This document shows positions 50,480 to 62,229 of a stretch of DNA of 64,000 bases, piece after piece; the first letter of the stretch is position 1, and each line of letters begins with the position of its first letter. This stretch comes from Octopus sinensis. Its lineage: Eukaryota. The stretch is taken from the NCBI RefSeq assembly GCF_006345805.1, contig NC_043007.1, positions 53,878,001-53,942,000 of the forward strand, read 5' to 3'. The notes below the pieces were generated by a model, which had not been told where the DNA came from, made no database searches, and worked only from the letters and a program-made list of their open reading frames with translations. A program made the position numbers and the translations under genes.

Positions 50480-52580
50480 ACCTTCCCCCATCTCTTTGTC
50501 TTGCCAGCTCACACCTTTCACACCCTCAGAGTGGACACACTTAATGTTGGCACATTGAAAGGTAGGTCTAGTGAGATTGTTGAGATGCTTGAAAGGAGGT
50601 GTATAAATTTGTGTTGCATCTAAGAAGGTGGAGAAGAGATTCTGCTAGGTTCCTCACTGGCAAAGAACATAGGTATAAGATTTTCTGGGTAGGGAACAGT
50701 GATGGGATTGGAGGCATAGGTATACTCTTTGCTGAGAAATGGGTTGATAAGGTAATCGAGGTAGTCAGAGTCTGTGATAGAATACTAGTGCTTCAACATG
50801 GAATAGCAACCATTATCTCGGCCTATGCCCCTCAGCCAGGTATACCTGACGAACAGAAAGACTGATTTTTATGACATCCTCTTGCAAACTACCTCATCGA
50901 CAAATGACAGGGACCTTCTCTTTTTGGTTGGCGACTTCAATGTGCTTGTTGGATAACATTCAGGGAGCTTCCATGGTGTGCATGACGGCATCAGATTTGG
51001 TTCCCATAGTGAAGAGGGAATGAGGCTGCTGGAGTTCTGTGATGCAAATGATCTTATGATCTGTAATACTTACTTCAGGAAACCTGCCAGTCATTTGTTC
51101 ACTTACCAGTCCAGTGGGTACACAAGTCAGATTGACTACATTCTTGCCAGGAAAGATGGCTGCTTATAAACACCCAAACTTTACCAGGTGAAGAATGCAA
51201 CTCCCAACATAGGTTAGTTGTTAGCAACTTCAGGATCAGGGCTAAATGGCTGCCCAGAAGATGACTAGTGTGGAAAAGAAGGGACAACTGGAGGGTCCTA
51301 TGAGACAACCTATTGAGGGCTATTGACCAGATCTGTGGCTGGTGCAAAGTCTCTTGACAAAGGCAGCATGGTGGTGGAACAATGTACTTGACAGGGCCAT
51401 CAGAGAAAAGAAGGACTTGAAGTGTGGTGGTACAGAGTACTGTATCAGATAGCCAGAAGGAAGCTAAGAGACAGGTATACTTAGTTAGAAGAGAAGCAGT
51501 GTTGTGCGTTGTTAGGGCCAGATACTTGAAATGTTTCAAATTGCAAGACAGTGTGAGAGAAAATTGTAATGTCATAGAAAAATGTGTCCACATGCATTTA
51601 ATGATGTTGCAAAGAAAGAGACTTGGAAACACCACTATGAAAGGCTGCTAAATGAAGAGAATAAATGGTAGAAAGAGTTTCCCAGATGTTGATCCAACTG
51701 AGGGACCAGCTATCCGAATTGACAGTACCTTGATAGATAAAGCAATTAAGGATATGAAGACAAGGAAAACCCCTGGCTCATCAGGAATCACTTATGCTTA
51801 AAATATCTGGTGGTGTAGGCTATGATCTATTCAACTGTATAATTAATCAGGTGATACATGAAGTAGTCATACCCAGTGACTGGTGTAGCAGCACCATAGT
51901 CAACTGCTACAAAGGTAAAGGTGACACCTTAGATAGAAATAATTACTGAGGTATCAAATTGTTGGATCAGGTGACGAAAGTTATGGAGAGGGTCATAGCC
52001 AAACTAATTAGGGAGAGAGTTAGTTTAGATAAGATGCAGTTCGATTTTGTGCCAGGGAGAAGCACCACTAATGCTATATTTCTGGTAAGGCAGCTGCAGA
52101 AGAAATACCTAGCCATAGATAAACCTTTGTACTTAGCTTTTGTTGACATGGAGAAAGCCTTTCACAGGTTCCTCCAATCCCTTATCTGGTGGTCAGTGCA
52201 GAAACTAAGGATAGACAAGTAGTTGGTGAGAGCTGTACAAGCCATATACAGGGATGCTGTCAGTAAGGTGAGGGTTGGCAACAAGTATAGTGAAGAATTC
52301 TGGGTAGAAGTAGGGGTTTACCAATGATCAGTCCTTAGCCTCCTCTTATTCATCATAGTCCTCCAGGCAATAATGGAGGAATTCAAGACAAGTTGCCCCC
52401 AGGAGTTCCTCTTTGCTGTTGACGTTATTCTTTTGGCTGAATCACTACCAGAACTAGGGAAGTCTCAGGTGTGCAAGCAAGGTCTAGAATTGAAAGGCTT
52501 TAGAGTTAACCTAGCAAAAACCAAAGTCTTAGTAAGTAGGAATGCAAACAAATCACAAATCCCTTCAGGTGTATGACCCT
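50480..52580 (+). mobile_element. Decayed RTE LINE (APE plus RT)
   Basis: TLNVGTLKGRSSEIVEML, ISAYAPQ, QIDYIL, AFVDMEKAF; homologous to 62230-64000. Confidence 0.88.
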
Positions 52581-52849
52581 ACTCGATTTCTTGACTTTTC
52601 ACGTTTCTTCTCTCATTCAGCTTTTAGTTCATTATACAATGTGGTATGTGTCTCATGACTGTGTGGAGATGTTACATTTGTTATAATTCATTATTTGGCA
52701 TGTTTTCAGAACAAGAAGCTATTAGTAGCACATAAAAACATGTATTGTGTCTATTAAATGCTATTCATCTCCCGCCAGATGGAGTACTTTTTTTTTGTTG
52801 ATCTTACCATCATGGAACAGTACATTATGTGTAAAGAACACTGCAGCTA

Positions 52850-54478
52850 CAGTTGCAGCCAAAATGTTCAGAACGGCATTGTTTTTGTCAGAAAAGTAAG
52901 TATAAGTTTTTATCAAAGTTGTTTTATATTCTATAATTTTCACAGACAATAAATACAATATTAATTGTTATTGTCTGAGATTTTGGTGTAATTTGAGAGA
53001 ATAATACAAAAGTTATGGATGATTTACTGATTTACTGCAAAACCCATGGCAGCCAAAATGATCAGAACGGTTGAAAAAATAACAAAATAATCGAAAATGA
53101 CAGAGAATACTGGAATTATTTAATATTTAGTGTGAAGCCCTTTAGCTTCAATCACACTCTGACATCTTCGACTGCATGAGGAAATTAAATTTTCAATTTC
53201 TTGCTGGGTGATCTTATTCCATTCTTCCTGAAGGGCATTCCATAATTGCTCAGTTGTTTTAGAATTTCTGGCTTTCAAACGTTCTCCTAGAATATTCCAT
53301 ACATTTTCAATAGGATTGAGATCTGGGCTTTGAGCAGGCCAATCCATAACAATAACCTTTTCAACCTTAAGGAAGTTCATGACCACTTTAGCCTTGTGAC
53401 ATGGGGCATTGTCCTGCATGAATATGGGTGGTCACTTAGTTGAATTTCTCAGCACAGGCAAGACATGATCTTTTACAAGTTGTTTATAAACTCCTGCATT
53501 TACCTTTCCATGTAATCGCACCAAAGGGCCCACACCATCTCCAGATATCATCCCCCAAACCATGACACTTCCTCCACTGAATTTAACACTAGTCTTAAGG
53601 CATTTAGGCGACAATTTTTCACCTCCTTTTTGACGAACGTACTTTTTCCTATCTGAGCCAAATAATATAAACTTAGATTCGTCACTGAAATGCACCGTTT
53701 GCCATTTTTCTTGAGACCACAACACATGTTCGGTTGCAAAGGTAAGACGACACTTTTTATTCTTGGAGCTGATCAGTGGCTTCACTGCAGGTGCTCTTGC
53801 TTGTAGGTCATGTTCAACTAAACGACGACACACAGTTTTTCGAGATAAAGTTTTCTTCAGTACAATGCTCATTTCCCGAGAAACAACAGCAGCAGTTTTA
53901 AATCTGTCCTTTTTAACCAACTTTACCATAGCACGATCTTCTCTCTTGGTCGTTTTTCTTGGCCTACCTGTAGACTGTCTTGCTTCACACGAACCACAAT
54001 CATCGTAGACCTTAAGAATACCGTGAACAACACTTTTTGACTTGTTAACAATCTTTGCAATAGATCCAATACTTAAATTATCCTTCCTTCGAAGCTTAAT
54101 AATCTGCTGACGAATTGGTAACGGAGTAAGTGGCATTATATTAACACAGTACACTGCAAATATTCTTACTAATGTTTAGTAAACGAACCGTCACGTAAAC
54201 AAATTCAAAACATTAGAGTTCGCCAGTAAAATATACTAAAACACGGAGTAAAAGCAACCGTTCTGATCATTTTGGCCGCCATGGGTTTTGCAGTAAATCA
54301 CTAAATCATCCATAACTTTTGTATTATCCCCTCAAATTACACCAAAATCTCAGGCAATAACAAATAATATCGTATTTATTGTCTGTGAAAATTATAGAAT
54401 ATAAAACAACTTTGATAAAAAATTATATCTACTTTTCTGACGAAAACAATGCCGTTCTGAACATTTTGGCCGCCACTG
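52850..54478 (-). mobile_element. Tc1-family DNA transposon, IR/DR type, 1629 bp
   Basis: TA TSD (52848-52849 and 54479-54480); 224-bp TIRs (52850-53073 and 54255-54478), each with two direct repeats ggc(a/g)gccaaaatg(t/a)tcagaacgg. Confidence 0.97.
53120..54154 (-). pseudogene. Tc1 DD34E transposase with a single in-frame stop
   Basis: GRPRK, FSDESKF, QDNAPCH, SPDLNPIE (34 residues between the second D and the E); the two ORFs are in frame across TGA at 53432-53434. Confidence 0.93.
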
Positions 54479-55441
54479 TATGTAAAAAAAGTGCTGATCT
54501 CTCACTCTGGAGGAATTGGTGAAACATGATCTTCGAATGTTGAGTCTCACAGAGGCAATGACTAGTGACTGAGACCTTTGGCAATATGCCTTGCTTGAGA
54601 AGACCTGTCAAACCAAGTGAAATCACAGTCATGGCCAATGCTGGTGTCATACAGCTGGCACCCGTGCTTGTGGCATGTAAAAGGCACCTTTCAAATGTTG
54701 GGCCTTACAGAGGCAGTATGGCCAATGCTGTTATTGTGTAATTAGCACCTGTGTCATGTAACCAACATGTAAAAAGCACTGTTCAAGTGTTGGACTTCAC
54801 CGAAGCAATGACAAATGACTGAGACCTTTGGCAATATGCTATGCTTGAGTAGAAGACCCATCAAGCTGGGTGGAATCATGGTTGTGGCAGATACTGGTGT
54901 AACGCAACTGGCACCCATGCTGGTGACACTTAAAAGCACCCATTACACTCTCAGAGTGGTTGGCATTAGGAAGGTCATCCAGCTGTAAAAAACCATGCCA
55001 AATTAGACTGGATTGTCTGGTGCAGCCTGTCAGCTTACCAGCCTTGGTCAAACTGCCCAACCCAAGCGAGCATGGACAACGGACATTAAATGACAGCGAC
55101 GATGATCATTTTGATAGTGTAAATGACTCTCCACAGTTAGAGATCAGCACTTTACACAGCTGTAGTGTTCTTTACACATAATGTACTTGGCTTGATGAGT
55201 CTTCTCCAGCAAGGCATATTGCCAAAGGTCTCAGTCACTAGTCATTGCCTCTGTGAGACCCAACGTTCAAAGATCGTGCTTCACCACTTCCTCCCATGTC
55301 TTCCTGGGTCTACCCCTTCCACAGGTTCCCTCTACAGTTAGAGATCAGTGCTTCTGTACACAGCTGTAGTGTTCTTTACACATAATGTACTGTTCTGTGA
55401 TGGTAAGATCAACAAAAAAAGTACTCCATCTGGTGGCAGAT

Positions 55442-56744
55442 GGAAATTTGTAGGCTTTATTAATGTATCATAACATATGTTTCTGCATTCCACATGTTCA
55501 TTAGTAAGGATCTTCTCATATTCATAAGATATTATTTAAGATTTATTCATAATATCTATGAATCTTTAGTTTTCCTCCATCACAATGTGTAATCTTTGTC
55601 AGGCATTACATTAATGCTTTTGCTTGTCTCGTGTATAGACTTCAAGACTTTGGCCATTTTACTTCAAGCAAAACGTTTCATTATATTTTGGGGTGTTACT
55701 TGTGAAACGTCTCTGCAAACCAAAGAAAATGTAAAAAATACACCAGGTTTGATCAAAGGGCTCAGACATCCTCCTCACAGCATGGGTGTTTCTTATGTTA
55801 GAACAAACATGGAAAAAAATAAAACAAAGGTTCATTTTAACTTTATCAGTTAGGAACAATATATGAAGATAATAGAGAGGATAACATTCATGTTAAAGGC
55901 AGTGTAATTAACGATATTATAATGTCTATAATACTTTCTCTTCTAAAGAATGCACCACATTTTAGATTAAATTTATGTTTTAAGATAATGATCTTTTGTC
56001 TGTCCTGATTTCTACTTTACCACCTGAAGTCATTTATCATTAGTTTGACAGTAAAGAGATATGCTTTCCATAAATATTATGTTATTGTGCTCACATTCTA
56101 AGTTTTATTTATATACATCAATTAATGCCTGCTGGGCTGCTATCAGGGTGTACTGCTTACTCATACTCCTTGTTCCTAATTTATCAATGGTTCTATGGTT
56201 TGGCTATTCTTTCTAATTCACCTATTATTTTCAAGTAGTCTATTTTTTGTATATATATTTGTATTAGTGTTGTTGATTGGATGTGCCTTCATGATCCTTA
56301 AAAAGTTCTTAATTCACTCTGTGAATCTATTTCTTGTACAAACATTGATCATTATTTGTGATACATTTGTCATATCAATTATGATTCTAACTTCACGAGA
56401 TAATGTTGTAATTTCTAATTTGCAGTACATCTTTTATAAATTTATATTGTTTGTTTATACTCTTTTGGTTGTCCAAAGTATATTTCAGTGAAATAGCATT
56501 AAACTTACATTAGTTTACATATATTTAAACTGGTATACATGATAATTACAATCTAAGATGTCTATACAAGTTTGAAATAACATTATTCCATATTATAGGT
56601 CTCTGTCATTTTTGTGCACCTGCTTGCAGTTCGCATTTATATATAACATTCAGTCCCATGCAGTTATTTGGAACCTGCATTAATAACGAACATGTGGAAT
56701 GCCCAAACATATGTCAAGATACATTAATAAAGCCTATAAATTCC
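55442..56744. mobile_element. Old 1.3-kb element with about 65-bp terminal inverted repeats
   Basis: 55442-55508 matches the reverse complement of 56679-56744 (ggaa.tt.taggctttattaatgtatc..catatgttt..gcattccacatgttc); no clear transposase. Confidence 0.55.
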
Positions 56745-57189
56745 TATCCACGAGTCATTATTGTTATTATTATATTTATCCTAAGCTGAAAGGAGGTCCA
56801 CCTGTATAACCATTTCATCAGATTACACTGGAAGATGAGACTAACAGGTGGAGACTGAAAATGAGAAGCATAGAAGCTTTTAAGAGTGCATTCTTAAGCA
56901 TTCATCGAAAACAAATTAAATGGATGTGTATATGTGTGTGGGTATGTATATATATGTATACACACACACACACCACACACACATATATATATATATATAT
57001 ACATACATACATATACACTCACACAAAATATATATTTCTATATACACAGACATATACATACACTTATGCACATACATATACACTTAAATATATGTTTATA
57101 TATGCACATAGTCTCACATACATAGTCACATATATACGCATAAATATATAAACTTATGTATCAGCAAACAGATATATCTATAAATATAT

Positions 57190-58300
57190 ATATTGATAAA
57201 ACGGTAAGATAACAAAAGAAAGAAAGAGACCTCAATATTATGTAAATAGAGGAAATTTATCTATACAATATATTACATTACTCGGTAGTCAAGATAAAAC
57301 TCTGAGTTTCAGATGCCGAAGTGGAAATCCACAACACCATCTCTTCGGTTATCTGGCTATTTGAAAACGTTATGAAAAAATACCGTTAAATAAAGGGAAA
57401 TTACTCTGTTATAACTCTGCTTGCCTGCGTACTTATACATCGCTTGCATTTTTCGTCATAAAAATTATGTAAAAATTATATAAAAATACATAAAAAATAT
57501 ATAAAAATATATAAATATATAAATTCTTCTTGGGACATAACATAGAAAGCATGTTCTATCTGTTTTCTTTAGGGGACCAAAAACGTAACAGAAATTTAGT
57601 CACATGTGGGCATGATCCGAAAAGCTCTGTCCTTGTATTTAGACATGTAGTAGGGTCTAAGCTGCTTTTCCAGATAAGCCATCTCTCCATGTCGCATAGA
57701 CCGCACCTTCCGCTGCCGTTAGTATATGGCTTACATCTGGCCAAAATCTTCCATTGTATGTTATAATCGACACCTTTATCTCTTAAAGACCAAATATGAT
57801 TAGATAATTGTGTCGCTTTTCTTTTGTTCCAGTGCCTAAAGCTCAAAGTGTGGTTATTGAACCTGGCCTTGAAATTACCCTCTGTAAGGCCCACGTATTT
57901 CTTCGTCGAAACGGTGTCTTTAGTGGTTATAGAGTTTACGGTAGCTTCATATATGATGGTCTTGGACATGCAAGGGCACAATTCTTTATTCCTGCAACAA
58001 TCAATGGAATCATTTGATGTCACCACACCCCAGAAAAGCACAAGTGAAGTCCAATGTCAAGATGATGCTGATTTGTTTCATCCGTGCAAAAGGAATTGTC
58101 CACACATAATTTGTTCCTCTGGTCCCCCAAATGAAAAAAGTTCTTAAAGGAAAACCTTTTGCAGATATGGAATAGGTGTAGAAAAAAAACGATGGAGGCA
58201 TATAAAGACATCACTTCACAAGTTTTCCAGGACTGCTACAAACAGTGGAAAACGTGCCTGGGCCAATACATTATTTCAAATGGACAATTCTTTGAAGGCA
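57190..58300 (-). mobile_element. Penelope-like element 3' part (GIY-YIG endonuclease plus terminal repeat)
   Basis: ORF 57556-58041: CP..C..KTIIYEATV..KKYVGLTEGNFKARFNNH..TQLSNHIWSLRD..W.IL..C.LC..E. Confidence 0.92.
57292..57354 (-). ncRNA. Hammerhead ribozyme-like motif (U4C core, extra U before GAAA)
   Basis: AGATAA-CCGAAGA-GATG(22 nt)CATC-T-GAAACT(CAG)AGT-T-TTATCT: perfect 6-bp stem I, 4-bp stem II, 3-bp stem III, GUU site. Confidence 0.6.
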
Positions 58301-58430
58301 GTAAAAGTGTAAACATGTAAAACTAAATGAATATAATAATATTGCAAATTCCAGTTCTTTTGGGTATCCCCTCATTTTCATATATAAATGTTAATTTGTG
58401 TGTGTGTGTGTGTGTGTATGTGTGTATATA

Positions 58431-58617
58431 TAGGCGTAGGAGTGGTTGTGTGGTAAGTAGCTTGCTTACAAACCACATGATTCCGGGTTCAGTCCCATTG
58501 CGTGGCACCTTGGGTAAGTGTCTTCTACTATAGCCTCGGGCCGACCAAAGCCTTGTGAGTGGATTTGGTAGATGGAAACTGAAAGAAGCCCGTCATACAT
58601 ATGTATATATATATATC

Positions 58618-58682
<65 letters not shown>

Positions 58683-58874
58683 ATATGTTTGTGTGTCTGT
58701 TTGCCCCCCCCCCCCACATCGCTTGACAACCGATGCTGATGTGTTTATGTAACTTAGCAGTTCGGCAAAAGTGACCGATAGAATAAGTACTAGGCTTACA
58801 AAGAATAAAAGTGCTCGACTAAAGGTGGTGTTCGAGCATAGCCACAGTCAAATGACTGAAACAAGTAAAAGAGT
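58431..58874 (+). mobile_element. tRNA-derived SINE, full length
   Basis: A/B-box head, conserved body, internal microsatellite, tail cagtcaaatgactgaaacaagtaaaagag. Confidence 0.9.
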
Positions 58875-60014
58875 ATATATATGAATGTGCAAAAGTATAT
58901 GTGTATGCTTATGTGTCTTTGTGTATGTATGTAAATATATTTATATTTATATGCACACAAAAGCACACATTTTTTAAACAATTTGTTTCTCTTAAAAATG
59001 CATTTCAGTTGAAGCTTTTTAAAAAGAAAACAATTATATGTTAATATAATAATCCCTTTAAAAAGAAGCATTTAACATAAGTTAATTACATATAATTTCT
59101 TACATATTAAAACTGAAAATGTCTGTGTGTGTATATATTGGTATTTTGTGGCAAAATGGCTTGGCCGATTTTTCTCAAGCTTCACATGCACATTGCTTAT
59201 GTGTCTGGAGAGGTTTTAAGCATAAATTGATTTTGAAGAATGTCCAGGTAAATGGCAGGAGGAATAACATTTGGGCGTGGTTAAACAGTGGGCCCTTATA
59301 TATTTTTAAACTTCCAAGGGAAATAACCTATTCCCTCTTTTGTAAATTATTTAAAAGTTTCCAAGGGAAATAACCCATACCCTATGTAAAATATTTGGTA
59401 AAAATGAAATTGAGTATACTTATTTCTTAGTATTTGAACTATTTTAGTTATTTTCTCAATTTATCCAATACAAGGCTTAAACAAGTTCATAGTATTCTCC
59501 TAAACAATAGATTCACTTATTTTGGTTAGTGACTTATTCACAAATATACCAACACTAGTGCTGCTGAGGATAATATCCTCTGAGAACGCACAAAAGCTTT
59601 TTTCACAATTAATTACTTTGAATTGTTATTATTTCATATCTGATTAGCCTGTTATTACATAACATGTTTCGCGATTTTCGTATACATACCTTATTGGTAT
59701 TTCCTTCTATGTTCTATATACTCTAGGAACATATTAAAGCCCTTTTTGGGGCTACTTTATTTGAATTCTTACATAACTGACTTCACAATTTGGGTATTCA
59801 TAACTTATTGGGAATTCCTTTGTAAGACAGTTCGGTATTCTCCATAAATACACAAAAACCATTTTAAGGGCTACATACTTTGTATTGTTGTTACTGGATT
59901 AGTGAAACAGTTATGAGAATGGAACCAAGGGATAAGCCCACTTTCCCGGGAATTACTGGGCATCTCACCTGATATATATATATATATTTATTTGGATATG
60001 TATGTATGTATATA

Positions 60015-60560
60015 TCTCTTATATAAAATCCATTCTGTCTGTCTGTGTGTGTGACTTCTTGGATCTCAGGCATCCTCCATCCGATTGCGGTTAGATTTGA
60101 TATATAGATACCAACTGTATCAGGGCATGTATAAGTCTTGAAAAAATTACAAAATTTGATTCGAGGTGAGAATGCGATTGATAAAGCCGTATTTGTCCTG
60201 CTTTTCCTCCGTCAACCTGTACATAACTGCACTTTCCATTTTTTGTTGTGTTTGTACTGCTTAAAGGCACGTTTCTTTCCTGCCAAGATTACTGTTTAAA
60301 CCATGTTTGTGTTCTCCCAGTCAACAGCCTTATCATTACTGGTACTTTAAACTCTTCGGTTGCATATTTGTCTGAATAAAATCGTTTTTCTTTGGAATAG
60401 AAAAAAAGTCTATCTTTATTTCTTCTTTTGCTGGTGTCTCAAATTTAGGTTAAATCAGTGTTTCTCAAAGGGAAGGCCTATGGGACGGTCGGACAAGTTA
60501 TTTTGAGAAAATTTGTTTTAAATATTTGACAACTCAGCACCGTCCATTGGACGGGGGGCA
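60015..60560 (+). mobile_element. Probable non-autonomous Helitron-type element
   Basis: A|TCTCTTATATAAAA..ctgtctgtctgtgtg 5' pattern as at 42763 and 43799; hairpin ccgtccattggacgg near 60540; no clear CTAG end. Confidence 0.45.
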
Positions 60561-60568
60561 TTTTGCTC

Positions 60569-60618
<50 letters not shown>

Positions 60619-60673
60619 ATGATATATATATATACACGTATGCTTTCAGTGTAAATGGTTTTGTTATACGATG

Positions 60674-60993
60674 CTGTAAATAATAATAAGGGTATTTTTA
60701 TATAAGCTTAAAGTTTATGGCATTCACTGTGCAATGACTAAGGAAAATAGTCTAATAATGGGGCATATAAGCCCTCGACAGAAAAAAGAAGGCTTTCCCA
60801 TCTGCGTGTAAAGGTGACACACTTAGTCATGTTAACAAAGGGATGTGGGTTCGCATCCCACGTGGATGGGAAAGCTTTCTTTTTTCTGTCGAGGGCTTAT
60901 ATGCTCCATTATTAGACTATTTTCCTTAGTCATTGCATGGTGAATGGCATAAGCTTTAAGCTTATATAAAAATACCATTATTATTATTTGCAG
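60674..60993. repeat. Fold-back element (about 135-bp arms, about 50-bp spacer)
   Basis: Near-perfect reverse-complement arms; the spacer ends in GTGGG-TTCGCAT-CCCAC. Confidence 0.9.
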
Positions 60994-61151
60994 AATGTAA
61001 ACACAGCAACATCAGTTCTCAAGCAATGGTAGGAGTACAAGCACGAGACACATGCACACACATACACAAATGTACGACAGTCTTTTTTCAGTTTCTGAGT
61101 ATGAAATCCACTCACAAGGTTTTGGTCACCCTGAGGCTATAATAAGCATAT

Positions 61152-61210
<59 letters not shown>

Positions 61211-61214
61211 CAAA

Positions 61215-62220
61215 TAAGAAAATGGAGGAACAAATTCATTTCGATCATCAACTTACAGATATTACAATTTCATATTATTTATTAATTATATAAATAGGAA
61301 CATTAAAATCGAACAAAACAATATACATCAATATGCAAATTAATAATACAATAAAAATAATACAAATAAACTGCTCCTTACAGCTGTTTCAGCCTATGGT
61401 CAAGAGGCAATCCACCTTAAATTGCTCATATATGCCATTATAGTATAGTCTTAGGCATTAAGATTATATTTATCTGTTTAAATAACCAAAGGCCTCAGAG
61501 GATATACATAATTACAAAGTTAAAATAATATAATAATAATAATATTGATATATTAGAAAACCTGCTTCCCACACTATCCTATAAGAACAGGAACATAAAT
61601 GGTAAAACAGATACTCAGGCTATGTATATAGGTGCAGAATTTGCTTATATGTGCATGTATGTATAAACGCGGGTCATAGGTGAAAAATAATTCGATGAAC
61701 TTTGATGTTTATTTACTTAATGCATAATGATATGTAAGCTGGCGTTCAATATATGTATATAATTTGTATGTGTTAATAAGATAATAGATATATAATTGTT
61801 TTTTTGTTTAATTAGCATGTAACCATACAAACGTATGCAAGTTTGCGTTATAAATTGTTCGATTTTTGGCTTTATTATACTTTCATGTGTATGTATGTAT
61901 AAATGCATTTCCGTATATGTTAATAAGGTAATAGATATAATTATTATTTTAATTTTTATTTTGGTTACTTTTTATTCAACATTTTATTCAGTATTGATAA
62001 ACTACTGTGATCTGTTCAATTAACTTTCTGAACCCATATTGTTTTGAAACAGGCCTAACAGTTACGATTAAAGGAATTAGCCAATTGGAAATAGATCAAC
62101 GGTTTAAGTGAATGCTCCCTGAACCTTAATATTTCTAATATTTAATATGCATAGGTTAAATATCTTTAATGACTGCTCCCTAACCCCCATTATAATTTTA
62201 AATATCGTTATATATTTAAT
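61215..62220 (-). mobile_element. Penelope-like remnant
   Basis: TYKQILHL..PEYL..CS GIY-YIG-region remnants; half-hammerhead GCCT..AGGC-T-GAAACAGCTGTA at 61372-61410; abuts (TA)n. Confidence 0.5.
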
Positions 62221-62229
62221 ATATAGGGT

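Larger units (their letters stand above)
52775..55446. repeat. Inverted duplication whose left arm is split by the Tc1
   Basis: 52775-52849 joined to 54479-54612 matches the reverse complement of about 55130-55446. Confidence 0.8.

Noticed and set aside
55422-55442. CTCF-like motif CCACCAGATGG (also near 52781)
   Set aside because: It is a short motif within a duplicated repeat, with no independent support.
55659-55859. Minus-strand ORF as a GPCR piece or transposase C-terminus
   Set aside because: Only a vague resemblance; no catalytic or transmembrane motif can be defended.
56195-56491. Hydrophobic ORF resembling a membrane protein or receptor
   Set aside because: It is T-rich sequence inside an old TIR element, with no family motif or exon structure.
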